From: an uncultured Actinomycetes bacterium | GTDB lineage: Bacteria > Actinomycetota > UBA4738 > HRBIN12 | Length of the DNA: 64,000 nucleotides | Assembly (NCBI GenBank): GCA_963810945.1 | Contig: CAWEPI010000004.1 | Coordinates: 42,104-106,103 of the forward strand | Reading direction: 5' to 3' | Shown: positions 1-10,891 of the stretch, one piece after another | Numbering within the stretch: the first letter of the stretch is position 1 | How the letters are laid out: every line of letters starts with the position of its first letter | The notes under the pieces: generated by a model | Told to the model about the DNA's origin: nothing | Databases searched by the model: none | Seen by the model: the letters and a program-made list of their open reading frames with translations, nothing else | Program-made: the position numbers and the translations under genes

Positions 1-22
1 GGCCGGGGCCGAGCCCCGGCCT
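1..22. terminator. GC-rich hairpin (GGCCGGGGC-cgag-CCCCGGCC), probable terminator of an upstream gene outside the window
   Basis: Perfect 9-bp inverted repeat with a 4-nt loop at the window start. Confidence 0.3.
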
Positions 23-78
23 CCCGCCGCGAGGCGGCTACGCCGGTCACAGGGCCGACGAGGTCGTATCCTCCGGCG

Positions 79-1974
79 ATGCGCTTTCCGGAACCCCAGC
101 GAACCGAGGTGGACGGGATCCCCGTCTGGTATTCCGACGTGCCCGGACCTTGCCTGGCCGGGCTCGTCTTCCGGGTGGGGCGCGCCGATGAGTCACTCCC
201 GCTGGGCGGTGTCTCGCACCTCGTCGAGCACCTGGCGCTCGAGCGGCTCGCGGCCGGCGACTACGACATGAACGGTTCGGTGAGGCTCCTCACCACCGAT
301 CTGCGGATCTCGGGCACCCAGGAGGAGGCCGAGCGCTTCCTCCGGGAGGCGTGCGAGAGCCTCTCGGATCTGCAACTCGACCGCCTGGACATCGAGCGGC
401 GCATCCTGCGAACGGAGGCCTTCCGTTCGAGCGGCAGCGCCGGCAGGACGATGACGGCGCGGTTCGGCAACGGCACGTTCGGGCTGGTCGACTGGTTCGA
501 GCTCGGGCTGAGGAGCATGACGCCCGATCAGGTCGGCGCGTGGTGCCGGGAGCGGTTCAACCGCGCCAACGCCGTGCTCTGGATGACCCGCCCGCCCACA
601 GACGCGCTCCGCCTCCCCCTGCCCGAGGGGTCGCTGTTCCCTCCGCGTCCCCTCGAGCTGTCGCCGTACCTGGTGGCCCCCGCGCACGCGCACGGCCCAC
701 CGGGGTCGATGAGCTGCTCCATGCTGGCGCGCCGCGAGATGCCGCTCTACGTCGCCGTCGAGGTCGCCCGGAGGCGCGCGTTCGACCAGATCCGACGGGA
801 ACAGGGTCTCAGCTACTCGGCGTTCTCGTGGGAGGAGCGTCTGGGTCCCGACGACAGCATGATGAGTGTGGGGATCGACGCCTTGCCCGATCACGAGGAG
901 GACGTCACCGCCCGGTTCGTAGCCCTGCTCGAAGCGGTCGCGGCGGGTCCGCTGACGAGCGAAGAGGTGGCGCGCGCGTGTGAGGCGTCGATGCCCTGGA
1001 GCTCGACCAACCCGTCTCGGCCTGCTTTCGAGGCTGCCCGGATGGCGGTCGGCGACCTGATCGAGCACGCCCCGACCGGATGGGACGAGCTCGAGCGACA
1101 GGCCGAGACGCTCACCCCCGAGGCCGTCGCCACGGCGTTCGCGACTGCCCTCGAGACCGCGCTGCTCGTGGTCCCCGAGGACGTCGAACCAGGCGGACGG
1201 TTCGAACCGGTCGTCGCAGAGCCGCCGTCGCGTCGCATGCAGGGCCGGTTGTACGTGCGATGGGACGGCAACACCGTGGACGAGGTCATCGCGAGTCCGG
1301 AGGGCGTGAGCCGGGCCACGTCCATCGGCAGCATCTCCTCGGTCGACTACGACGACTGCGTCGCGGTGACGATCGACCCTCGCGGCACGATGTGGATGTT
1401 CGGTCGATGGGGCAACGAGGTCCGGCTCGACCTCAACCAGCTCCGCCGAGGACACGAGCTCGCCAAGATCATCCAGGACCGCGTGGGGGATCGCTGGGTG
1501 GACCTGCATGCCGACGCGATCGGATGGTTCTCCGTCCAGTCGGCCATGGAACGCCACGATGCGATGAACGTCGAGACGATGTGGCGCGAGCTCGAGCTGC
1601 TTGCCTCGGTCCGCGCCTTCGGCGAGCGGATCCTCGCCGTGGCGTTCGCCGACCTGAACGGGCGGGGGATCCTCGCCGCCACGGACGCCCGCGTCCTGCA
1701 TCTCTCGCACGCACGCGAAGCCGCCCCGTTGGCCGCGTGGGACCGCGCCGACATCACGGGCGTGCGCGTGAGCTCCGGGCTCCGGGGAGCACGCCTGCAC
1801 ATCCATCTCGACGGCCGCGTCGTCTCCTTCGATCAGGTCCGGCCGCGCTCCCTCGCTTCCGAGTTCGAGCTCCTCCTCGCGCCCGTGATCGAGGAGGATG
1901 CGTCGCAGGAAGGGTCTGCGGATGCCGGTTCGGCGAGGAGCGGCACGCCCGGGGACGAGCCGTCCTCACCGTAG
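79..1974 (+). CDS. M16 (pitrilysin/insulinase) family zinc peptidase-like protein with a C-terminal extension resembling two bacterial PH-like domains
   Basis: 631-aa uninterrupted ORF. HLVEH matches the HxxEH inverted zinc-binding motif of M16 peptidases. The C-terminal roughly 230 aa is a separate domain (YVRWDGN...DARVLHLSH). Confidence 0.6.
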   Translation: MRFPEPQRTEVDGIPVWYSDVPGPCLAGLVFRVGRADESLPLGGVSHLVEHLALERLAAGDYDMNGSVRLLTTDLRISGTQEEAERFLREACESLSDLQLDRLDIERRILRTEAFRSSGSAGRTMTARFGNGTFGLVDWFELGLRSMTPDQVGAWCRERFNRANAVLWMTRPPTDALRLPLPEGSLFPPRPLELSPYLVAPAHAHGPPGSMSCSMLARREMPLYVAVEVARRRAFDQIRREQGLSYSAFSWEERLGPDDSMMSVGIDALPDHEEDVTARFVALLEAVAAGPLTSEEVARACEASMPWSSTNPSRPAFEAARMAVGDLIEHAPTGWDELERQAETLTPEAVATAFATALETALLVVPEDVEPGGRFEPVVAEPPSRRMQGRLYVRWDGNTVDEVIASPEGVSRATSIGSISSVDYDDCVAVTIDPRGTMWMFGRWGNEVRLDLNQLRRGHELAKIIQDRVGDRWVDLHADAIGWFSVQSAMERHDAMNVETMWRELELLASVRAFGERILAVAFADLNGRGILAATDARVLHLSHAREAAPLAAWDRADITGVRVSSGLRGARLHIHLDGRVVSFDQVRPRSLASEFELLLAPVIEEDASQEGSADAGSARSGTPGDEPSSP

Positions 1975-1983
1975 ACTCCGCAC

Positions 1984-2745
1984 ATGGCGCGCGTGCTCAG
2001 GCTGCTCCTCGCCTACGACGGCACGGCCTTCCGGGGGTGGGCCGCGCAACGCGACCCGGCCCTCCCGACGGTGGAGGGCGCCATCTCCGAGGTGCTCGCA
2101 TCGGTGCTGCGGCAGCCCGTGAAGCTCAGCGTGGCGGGGCGCACCGACGCGGGCGTGCACGCGCGGGGCCAGGTGGCGTCGTTCTCCACCGATCGCGCCA
2201 TCGCCTCGATCAAGATCCGCGATGCCCTGAACGGCCGCCTCGCACCCGCGATCGTCTGTCGCGAGGCGAGGACGGCGCCGCCCGGCTTCGACGCGCGCTT
2301 CTCGGCCAGCGCCCGCGAGTACCGCTACCGGATCGACACCGGTCCCGTCCCCGACCCGTTCACCGCCCGCTTCGTCTGGCACCGCGAGGGAACGCTGGAC
2401 GCAGCGGCGATGCGGGCGGCCGCCCGCCACCTGGTGGGTGAGCACGACTTCACGTCGTTCTGCCGGCACCCCGGCCACGGGAGGCCCACGACGCGCGACC
2501 TGCAGCGGCTGAGCGTCGTGGTGGTCGGGGAGCGCGTGGAGCTCGGGTTCCGCGCCAACGCCTTCCTCCACCAGATGGTGCGGGCGCTCACCGGCACCCT
2601 CGTGCTGGTGGGGGACGGGAAGCTCGCACCTGAGGACGTGCGGCGGCTGCTGCGTTCGCGCGACCGGGCGGGGACGGGCAACCTCGCGCCCGCACAGGGG
2701 CTCACCCTGGAGCGCGTGGCGTACGGACGGAGGCGCGCACTTTGA
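1984..2745 (+). CDS. truA: tRNA pseudouridine(38-40) synthase TruA
   Basis: N-terminal [14 protein letters not shown] and a GRTDAGVHA catalytic-Asp region are typical of TruA. 253 aa. Confidence 0.9.
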   Translation: MARVLRLLLAYDGTAFRGWAAQRDPALPTVEGAISEVLASVLRQPVKLSVAGRTDAGVHARGQVASFSTDRAIASIKIRDALNGRLAPAIVCREARTAPPGFDARFSASAREYRYRIDTGPVPDPFTARFVWHREGTLDAAAMRAAARHLVGEHDFTSFCRHPGHGRPTTRDLQRLSVVVVGERVELGFRANAFLHQMVRALTGTLVLVGDGKLAPEDVRRLLRSRDRAGTGNLAPAQGLTLERVAYGRRRAL

Positions 2746-2809
2746 CGCTGCTCGAGGCCCGCGGGTAACCTGGGGCGTCGGCCCACGACCCGGGCCGACA
2801 TCTCTGCGC

Positions 2810-3508
2810 ATGAAGACCTACTCTCCCAAGCCTGAGCACATCGAGCGCCGCTGGTACGTGATCGACGCCAGCGACCAGGTCCTCGGCCGCATCGCGTCCG
2901 AGGCCGCCGCGCTGCTCAGGGGGAAGCACAAGCCGATCTTCGCCCCGCACATGGACTGCGGCGATCACGTGATCATCGTGAACGCCGACAAGGTGGTCCT
3001 CACCGGCGGCAAGGAGATGAAGAAGGTCGCGTACCGGCACTCGGGCTACCCGGGCGGCATCACGGGCACGCGCTACGACGCGCTGATGGCCGAGCGCCCC
3101 GTGTTCGCGGTGGAGAAGGCCATCAAGGGCATGCTCCCCAAGAACCGTCTGGGACGTTCGATGGTGCGCAAGCTGCACGTCGTGGCCGGCGCCGAGCACC
3201 CGCACGCGCCGCAGAAGCCGGAGCCGTACACCCTCGGTCGTCCGCCGAAGTGGGAGGGCCTCCCGCTGAAGACCCGCCACATCGCGCCGGAGAAGCCCAC
3301 CTCCAAGCCGAAGGCGCCGACGGCCCCGGCCAAGGAGCCATCGGCCAAGAAGACCGCGGCGACGAAGCCCACCGCCGCCAAGAAGAGCGCGGCGAAGAAG
3401 CCCACCGCCGCCAAGAAGACCACGGCGAAGAAGTCGACCGCCAAGAAGTCGACCGCCAAGAAGACCACGGCGAAGAAGCCGGCGGCCGAGTCCGCCGAGA
3501 AGGAGTAG
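2810..3508 (+). CDS. rplM: 50S ribosomal protein L13 with a lysine/alanine-rich C-terminal tail
   Basis: [20 protein letters not shown]...[11 protein letters not shown] is canonical L13. It is followed by roughly 85 aa of AKKPT/AKKST repeats. Confidence 0.9.
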   Translation: MKTYSPKPEHIERRWYVIDASDQVLGRIASEAAALLRGKHKPIFAPHMDCGDHVIIVNADKVVLTGGKEMKKVAYRHSGYPGGITGTRYDALMAERPVFAVEKAIKGMLPKNRLGRSMVRKLHVVAGAEHPHAPQKPEPYTLGRPPKWEGLPLKTRHIAPEKPTSKPKAPTAPAKEPSAKKTAATKPTAAKKSAAKKPTAAKKTTAKKSTAKKSTAKKTTAKKPAAESAEKE

Positions 3509-3515
3509 GCACCCA

Positions 3516-3911
3516 GTGGTCGCGACCGCAGCGAAGCTGAACACCGGACGCCGCAAGGAGGCCGTGGCGCGCGTGCGCCTCGTGCCCGGCGACGGCAACT
3601 TCGAGATCAACGGCCGCGCCCTGGACGACTACTTCCCCACGCGGGTCCATCGCATGGTCGCGGTCTCACCCCTGCGGCTCGTCGGCAAGGAGAAGGAGTT
3701 CGACGTGATCGTCTCCATCCGCGGCGGCGGGGTCAGCGGCCAAGCCGGCGCGGTGCGTCTCGGCATCGCCCGCGCGTTGATCGACCTCGACCCGGAGCTG
3801 CGAACGCAGCTCAAAGCCGAGGGCTATCTCACCAGGGACGCCCGCGAGAAGGAACGACGGAAGTACGGCCTGAAGAAGGCCCGCAAGGCCCCGCAGTACT
3901 CGAAGCGCTGA
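3516..3911 (+). CDS. rpsI: 30S ribosomal protein S9
   Basis: GTG start 8 nt after the rplM stop. [12 protein letters not shown]...KAPQYSKR is canonical S9. Confidence 0.9.
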   Translation: MVATAAKLNTGRRKEAVARVRLVPGDGNFEINGRALDDYFPTRVHRMVAVSPLRLVGKEKEFDVIVSIRGGGVSGQAGAVRLGIARALIDLDPELRTQLKAEGYLTRDAREKERRKYGLKKARKAPQYSKR

Positions 3912-3967
3912 TCTCCTGAGCGTTCCGAGCCTGCGGGCTCGGAACCGCGAACGAAGGAGGTCATCCC

Positions 3968-5152
3968 ATGCCGCACCAGCAGATCGCACCGGGAGTCGTG
4001 TCCTGGGCGTCCGAGCTGGACGACGCCACCAAGGAGCAGGCGGCCCGCACCGCACGCCTGCCCATCCTCGCCGGTCCCATCGCGCTGATGCCCGACGCCC
4101 ACCTGGGCTTCGGCGCCACGATCGGATCCGTGATCGCCACCGAGACGGCGGTGATCCCGTCGGCCGTCGGGGTGGACATCGGGTGCGGGATGGCCGCGCG
4201 TCGGCTGGACCTGCGCGAGGACCAGCTGCCCGACGAGGGCCTCGACGGATGGGTGGGCGCGATGCGCGCCGCCGTGCCGGCGGGCCTGGGCAACTGGCAC
4301 GAGGGGGGCGCGTCGGATGAGGCGCTCGCCTGGATGCGCGAGCATGCCCCGCCGCCGACCCTGCCCAAGCCCCAGCGTGCCGCGATGCAGCTCGGCACCC
4401 TCGGCTCCGGCAACCACTTCGTGGAGCTGGCCCGCGACGAGGAGGGCCGGATCTGGATCCTGCTGCATTCCGGTTCGCGCGGCGGGGGCAACCAGCTCGC
4501 GACCCTGCACACCCGCACCGCCAAGAAGCTCCACGAGGGCCTCGGCACGCAGCTCGAGGACCCGGAGCTCGCATGGCTCCAGAAGGGCACCCCGGAGTTC
4601 GACGCGTACCTGCGCGACCTCGCCTGGTCGCAGGCGTACGCGCGCGAGAACCGCCGGTTGCTCCTGGAGGCCACCCATCGCCAGCTCGAGTCGGTGATCG
4701 GCCGCGAGCTCGCCACGGCGGACGAGGTGAACTGCCACCACAACTACACCGAGCTGGAGGAGCACGACGGCCGCTGGCTGTGGATCACACGCAAGGGCGC
4801 GATCCACGCCGGCGTCGGCGCGCGCGGGCTGATCCCCGGCTCGATGGGACAGCGCTCCTACGTCGTGCGCGGCCTCGGCAGCGAGGACTCCTACACCTCG
4901 TGCTCGCACGGGGCCGGCCGTCGCATGAGCCGCACCCAGGCCCGCAAGACGCTCTCGGTGGAGACCCTCGAGCGTCAGATGGCGGGTCGGGCGTGGCAGG
5001 CGTCGGACGCGGCCGCGCTGCTCGACGAGGCTCCGGACGCCTACAAGCCCATCGATCGGGTGATGGCCGACCAGGCGGATCTGGTGTCGATCGAGCACGC
5101 GCTGGAGTCCCTGGCCAACTACAAGGGGATCGAGCGCGCCCGCAGGCGATAG
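3968..5152 (+). CDS. rtcB: RtcB-family RNA ligase
   Basis: Strong RBS GAAGGAGG upstream. MPDAHLGFGATIGSV, GCGM and SHGAGR motifs are characteristic of RtcB. Confidence 0.8.
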   Translation: MPHQQIAPGVVSWASELDDATKEQAARTARLPILAGPIALMPDAHLGFGATIGSVIATETAVIPSAVGVDIGCGMAARRLDLREDQLPDEGLDGWVGAMRAAVPAGLGNWHEGGASDEALAWMREHAPPPTLPKPQRAAMQLGTLGSGNHFVELARDEEGRIWILLHSGSRGGGNQLATLHTRTAKKLHEGLGTQLEDPELAWLQKGTPEFDAYLRDLAWSQAYARENRRLLLEATHRQLESVIGRELATADEVNCHHNYTELEEHDGRWLWITRKGAIHAGVGARGLIPGSMGQRSYVVRGLGSEDSYTSCSHGAGRRMSRTQARKTLSVETLERQMAGRAWQASDAAALLDEAPDAYKPIDRVMADQADLVSIEHALESLANYKGIERARRR

Positions 5153-5171
5153 CGCCGGGAACCCGAGGTCT

Positions 5172-5462
5172 TCAGTCCCGCGAGGCCTCGGGTTCCGCGG
5201 CCTCCGCCTCGGGTTGCGCGCCCTCCGCCTCGAGGACGTCGTCGTCGCTCACGGCGAAGGCGCCGGAGTTCACGGCGTCCACGACGGCGCGCGCCCGCGT
5301 CTCGTCGTCGGTGCTCACCCAGAGGTAGACGGGGCCGGCCCGATAGGGGCCCTCGCCCTCACCCTTCATCATCACCGAGATGCCCTCGGCCTCGAGACGG
5401 CCGCGCATCAGCTCCCCGGCGAAGCTGTCCGAGCTGGCGTAGATGCGCACGAGGTCACTCAT
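5172..5462 (-). CDS. small acidic protein, DUF2007-like (putative signal-transducing protein)
   Basis: 96-aa ORF divergent from glmM. The LVRIY...GELMRGRLEAEGISVM pattern resembles DUF2007. Confidence 0.4.
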   Translation of the reverse strand: MSDLVRIYASSDSFAGELMRGRLEAEGISVMMKGEGEGPYRAGPVYLWVSTDDETRARAVVDAVNSGAFAVSDDDVLEAEGAQPEAEAAEPEASRD

Positions 5463-5533
5463 CCACCTATCCTCGCACGACTTCGCTCGAACGGGCGCGC
5501 GCGGGCGGAGGGGTCGGGTACCCTGCCCCCGGC

Positions 5534-6862
5534 ATGGGACGACTCTTCGGCACCGACGGCGTCCGCGGACTCGCGGGCACCGAACTCACGGAGGACCTGG
5601 CCTACGGGCTGGGCCGGGCCGCCGTCGAGGTGCTCGGGCGTCACGGGGCGGGGCACCCCACGTTCGTGGTGGGTCGCGATCCGCGCGCCTCGGGCGAGTG
5701 GCTGGAGGACGCCTTGGTGGCGGGGATCCATATGGCGGGGGGCGACGTCATCCTCGCCGGCATGGAGCCCACGCCCGCCATCGCGTTCATCACGCTGGAC
5801 CTCGGCGCCTCCTCGGGTGTCGTGATCTCCGCCTCGCACAACCCGCCCGAGTACAACGGGATCAAGTTCTTCGCGGCCAACGGCATGAAGCTGCCCGACG
5901 AGCTGGAGGACGAGATCGAGGCAGTGCTCGATCAGCCCGCGGCCGTGGCCGCCACGACGGGCACGACGCTCCCTGCGGGCGAGGCGCGCGATCGCTACGT
6001 CGATCACCTCGTCGACGCGGCCGACGCCCCCTTGGACGGCATGAGCGTCGTCGTGGACTGCGCGAACGGCGCGGCCTCCGAGATCGCGCCGGAGGTGCTG
6101 CGCCGGCTCGGCGCCGATGTGCACGCGATCAACGCCGAGCCCGACGGCAAGAACATCAACGAAGGCTGCGGTGCGCTCTACCCCGAGGTGGTGGCGGCCG
6201 AGGTCGTGCGCCTCGGCGCTGACGCCGGCGTCTCCCACGACGGCGACGCAGACCGGGCGCTCTTCGCCGATGCCGAGGGCGCCATCGTGGACGGCGATCA
6301 GGTCCTGGCGGCCAGCGCGGTGGCGCTCCGCGACGCCGGACGGCTGGCGGGCAACACCGTCGTCACGACCGTGATGGCGAACCTCGGGTTCCACCACGCG
6401 ATGCGCGAGGCGGGCATCGACGTGGTGGCCTCCAAGGTGGGGGACCGCTACGTCCTGGAGGACATGGTGCGCATCGGCGCCGTGCTGGGCGGCGAGCAGT
6501 CCGGCCACGTGATCTTCCGCGAGCAGGCCACGACCGGCGACGGGCTCCTCACGGCCGTCCGCTTCCTCTCGTTGGCTGCGACGCGCGGCGCGACCGTCCG
6601 CGAGCTGGCCTCGGCGATGCGGCGCTACCCGCAGGCCTTGATCAATGTCGACGTGCGCGACCGCGACGCCCTTCCCGGCTCCGAGGCCGTCTGGGCCGCG
6701 GTGCACGAGGCCGAGCACGAGCTCGGCGAGGAGGGCCGCGTCCTGGTGCGGCCCTCGGGCACGGAGCCCCTCGTGCGGGTGATGGTGGAGGCCGCGTCCG
6801 AGGATCTCGCCACCGCGCACGCGGAGCGCATCGCCGCGACCGTCCGCGCCGCGCTCGCCTGA
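5534..6862 (+). CDS. glmM: phosphoglucosamine mutase
   Basis: GTDGVRG and the active-site SASHNPPEYNGIKFF phosphoserine loop. 442 aa. Confidence 0.9.
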   Translation: MGRLFGTDGVRGLAGTELTEDLAYGLGRAAVEVLGRHGAGHPTFVVGRDPRASGEWLEDALVAGIHMAGGDVILAGMEPTPAIAFITLDLGASSGVVISASHNPPEYNGIKFFAANGMKLPDELEDEIEAVLDQPAAVAATTGTTLPAGEARDRYVDHLVDAADAPLDGMSVVVDCANGAASEIAPEVLRRLGADVHAINAEPDGKNINEGCGALYPEVVAAEVVRLGADAGVSHDGDADRALFADAEGAIVDGDQVLAASAVALRDAGRLAGNTVVTTVMANLGFHHAMREAGIDVVASKVGDRYVLEDMVRIGAVLGGEQSGHVIFREQATTGDGLLTAVRFLSLAATRGATVRELASAMRRYPQALINVDVRDRDALPGSEAVWAAVHEAEHELGEEGRVLVRPSGTEPLVRVMVEAASEDLATAHAERIAATVRAALA

Positions 6863-6900
6863 CCCGTTCCGGAGGAACGCCCCTGTTAGGGTGAACGCTC

Positions 6901-8739
<1,839 letters not shown>

Positions 8740-8744
8740 CGGCC

Positions 8745-8948
8745 GTGACGCCGAGCGGCTCGCCCTATCCGCTACCCACCCCGGCGGATCCCAGCGCCAC
8801 GGTCGTCACCGTGGTGTTCCTCTTGGCCCTCGTCTCGCTCTCGGCGGTGCTCTGGTGGCAGGTTCGGCGGGCATGGCGCGATCGCCGGGAACCGACGTCG
8901 GGAAGTCCCCGGCCCTCCGAAGGCCCGGGGCCCGGCGCGCCTCGATAG
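8745..8948 (+). CDS. hypothetical small membrane protein (one predicted TM helix)
   Basis: 67-aa GTG-initiated ORF between glmS and acpS with a hydrophobic stretch VVTVVFLLALVSLSAVLWW. No homology recognised. Confidence 0.2.
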   Translation: MTPSGSPYPLPTPADPSATVVTVVFLLALVSLSAVLWWQVRRAWRDRREPTSGSPRPSEGPGPGAPR

Positions 8949-8976
8949 GGCCCCGGCCTTCGCGTAGCCTGTCCGG

Positions 8977-9354
8977 GTGGAGATCGTCGGACTGGGCGTC
9001 GACATCTGCGAGATCGCACGCATGGAGCGTGCGCTCGACCGCCACCCCACCATGCGCGCCCGCGTGTTCACGCCCGAGGAGATCGCGTACTGCGACTCCA
9101 AGGCGCGCCCGGCCGAGTCGTACGCGGGACGCTTCGCCGCGCGCGAGGCCACGATCAAGGCCCTCGGCGGATACCGGGGCAAGCGCTGGCAGGACATCAG
9201 CGTCACCCGCCACCCGAGCGGGGCGCCCATCGTCGCCCTCGAGGGCCACGCGGCCGGGCGCGCCGAGATGCTCGGCATCTCGCGCGTGCTGATCACGTTC
9301 ACCCACGAGAAGACCAACGCCGTCGCGTTCGCGGTCGCGGTGCGGGAGGGGTGA
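8977..9354 (+). CDS. acpS: holo-[acyl-carrier-protein] synthase
   Basis: GTG start. IVGLGVDICEIARM and the FAAREA..KAL motifs of 4-prime-phosphopantetheinyl transferase. Confidence 0.85.
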   Translation: MEIVGLGVDICEIARMERALDRHPTMRARVFTPEEIAYCDSKARPAESYAGRFAAREATIKALGGYRGKRWQDISVTRHPSGAPIVALEGHAAGRAEMLGISRVLITFTHEKTNAVAFAVAVREG

Positions 9355-9361
9355 GCGTCCG

Positions 9362-10891
9362 TTGAAGCCGGTGCTCTCACCCACGCAGGCCGCCGAGCTC
9401 GACCGCGCCACCCAGGCGCGCGGCGTGCCCGCGTCCACGTTGATGGAGCGCGCCGGCCGCGCGGTGGCGCGCGCCTGCGTCGACCTGACGGGCGGCGTGT
9501 ACGGACGTCGCGCGGTCGTGGTCTGCGGCAAGGGGAACAACGGTGGCGACGGGCTCGTGGCGGCGCGTCACCTCGCGCGCTGGGGCGTGCGCGTCGCGGT
9601 GCTCTCGGTGGAACCGCCGGACGGACTCCGCGAGCCCGCCGCGGCGAACCTCGCCCGGCTCGCGGAGGTGGGCCTGCGGGTCGACATCGCGACGGAGTCG
9701 CGGCTGGCGCGCGAGCTGGGGCGCGCGGACATCGCCGTCGATGCCGTCTTCGGCACCGGGTTCCGCGGCGTGCCGGAGGATCGGTGGGCCGCCGCGATCG
9801 AGGGGTTGAACGCGGGCGCGCCGCCGGTGGTGGCCGTGGACATCCCCTCCGGCGTGAACGGGGCCACCGGCGCGGTCGAGGGTGATGCCGTGCGGAGCGA
9901 CCTCACCGTGACGTTCGGCGCTGCCAAGGCGGGCGTCGTGCTCCTGCCGGGCGCGGAGCGCGCGGGGGCCGTCCGCGTGGTGGAGATCGGCTTCCCCGAG
10001 GATCTCCTGCGGGCCGACACGTTCGTGACCGAGCCCGAGGACGTGGCCGCGATGGTGCCTCACCGCATGGTCGACACGCACAAGCGCGCCTCGGGGGTGC
10101 TGGTGGTGGTGGCCGGCTCGCGGGGGATGACCGGAGCCGCCCACCTGATCGCCGAGGCTGCCGGACGGATCGGAGCGGGCCTCGTCGTCGTGGCCGCCGC
10201 GGAGGGCATCGTTCCGATCCTCCAGGCCTCGATCACCGAGGCCGTCTTCCTCCCGCTCCCCGAGACGGCGGACGGGGGGGTGGCCGGCGATGCGCGCGAC
10301 GCGGTCCTCGACGCGCTCGGCCGGGCGCACGCGCTCGCGATCGGCCCCGGCATGACCGCCCAGGACGAGACGGCGGGCTTCGTGCGCGACCTGCTACGCG
10401 ACTGCCCGGTGCCCGCCGTGGTCGACGCCGACGCGCTGAACGCCTTCGCGGGCCGTGCCGACGACCTCGCCGATCGGAAGGCCGAGGCGGTCCTCACCCC
10501 GCATGTAGGTGAGTTCGTGCGCCTCGCGGGGGTCGGCGCACGCGAGCTGGAGTCGGACCGACTCGCGCACGCCCGCACGCTGGCCGCGCGCGCCGACGCC
10601 GTCGTGCTGCTGAAGGGCAGCCGCACGGTGCTCGCGGCTCCCGACGGCACCGTGCGCGTGAACCCCACGGGCAGCCCGGTGCTCGCCACGGCGGGCTCGG
10701 GCGACGTGCTCACCGGCATGATCGGCGGCCTGCTCGCGCGCGGCCTGGAGCCGTTCGACGCCGCGACCGCCGGCGCCTACCTCCACGGGGTGGCCGGGAT
10801 CGTGGCGGGTCGCGCCACGGGGGAGGGCACGCTCGCGGGGGACCTGGTCGGCCACATCCCGGCGGCGGTCCGACGGGTGGGCGAGGCATGA
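9362..10891 (+). CDS. nnr: bifunctional NAD(P)H-hydrate epimerase / ADP-dependent (S)-NAD(P)H-hydrate dehydratase
   Basis: A YjeF-N domain (VVCGKGNNGGDG) followed by a YjeF-C carbohydrate-kinase domain (GSGDVLTG). Confidence 0.85.
   Translation: MKPVLSPTQAAELDRATQARGVPASTLMERAGRAVARACVDLTGGVYGRRAVVVCGKGNNGGDGLVAARHLARWGVRVAVLSVEPPDGLREPAAANLARLAEVGLRVDIATESRLARELGRADIAVDAVFGTGFRGVPEDRWAAAIEGLNAGAPPVVAVDIPSGVNGATGAVEGDAVRSDLTVTFGAAKAGVVLLPGAERAGAVRVVEIGFPEDLLRADTFVTEPEDVAAMVPHRMVDTHKRASGVLVVVAGSRGMTGAAHLIAEAAGRIGAGLVVVAAAEGIVPILQASITEAVFLPLPETADGGVAGDARDAVLDALGRAHALAIGPGMTAQDETAGFVRDLLRDCPVPAVVDADALNAFAGRADDLADRKAEAVLTPHVGEFVRLAGVGARELESDRLAHARTLAARADAVVLLKGSRTVLAAPDGTVRVNPTGSPVLATAGSGDVLTGMIGGLLARGLEPFDAATAGAYLHGVAGIVAGRATGEGTLAGDLVGHIPAAVRRVGEA

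Noticed and set aside
193-1806. Long antisense or alternative-frame ORFs throughout the window (for example 193..1806 -, 3666..4574 -, 5459..6820 -, 6886..8670 -, 9377..10330 -, 25848..28271 -, 57946..61197 + beyond the sucC/sucD segments).
   Set aside because: They overlap strongly conserved genes on the other strand or frame. Their translations are Arg/Pro/Gly/Ala-rich with no recognisable motifs, which is typical of spurious ORFs in 70% GC DNA.
6863-6900. A possible glmS ribozyme or riboswitch upstream of glmS.
   Set aside because: Only 38 nt separate glmM and glmS, so there is no room for the roughly 150-nt ribozyme. That element is a Firmicute feature.
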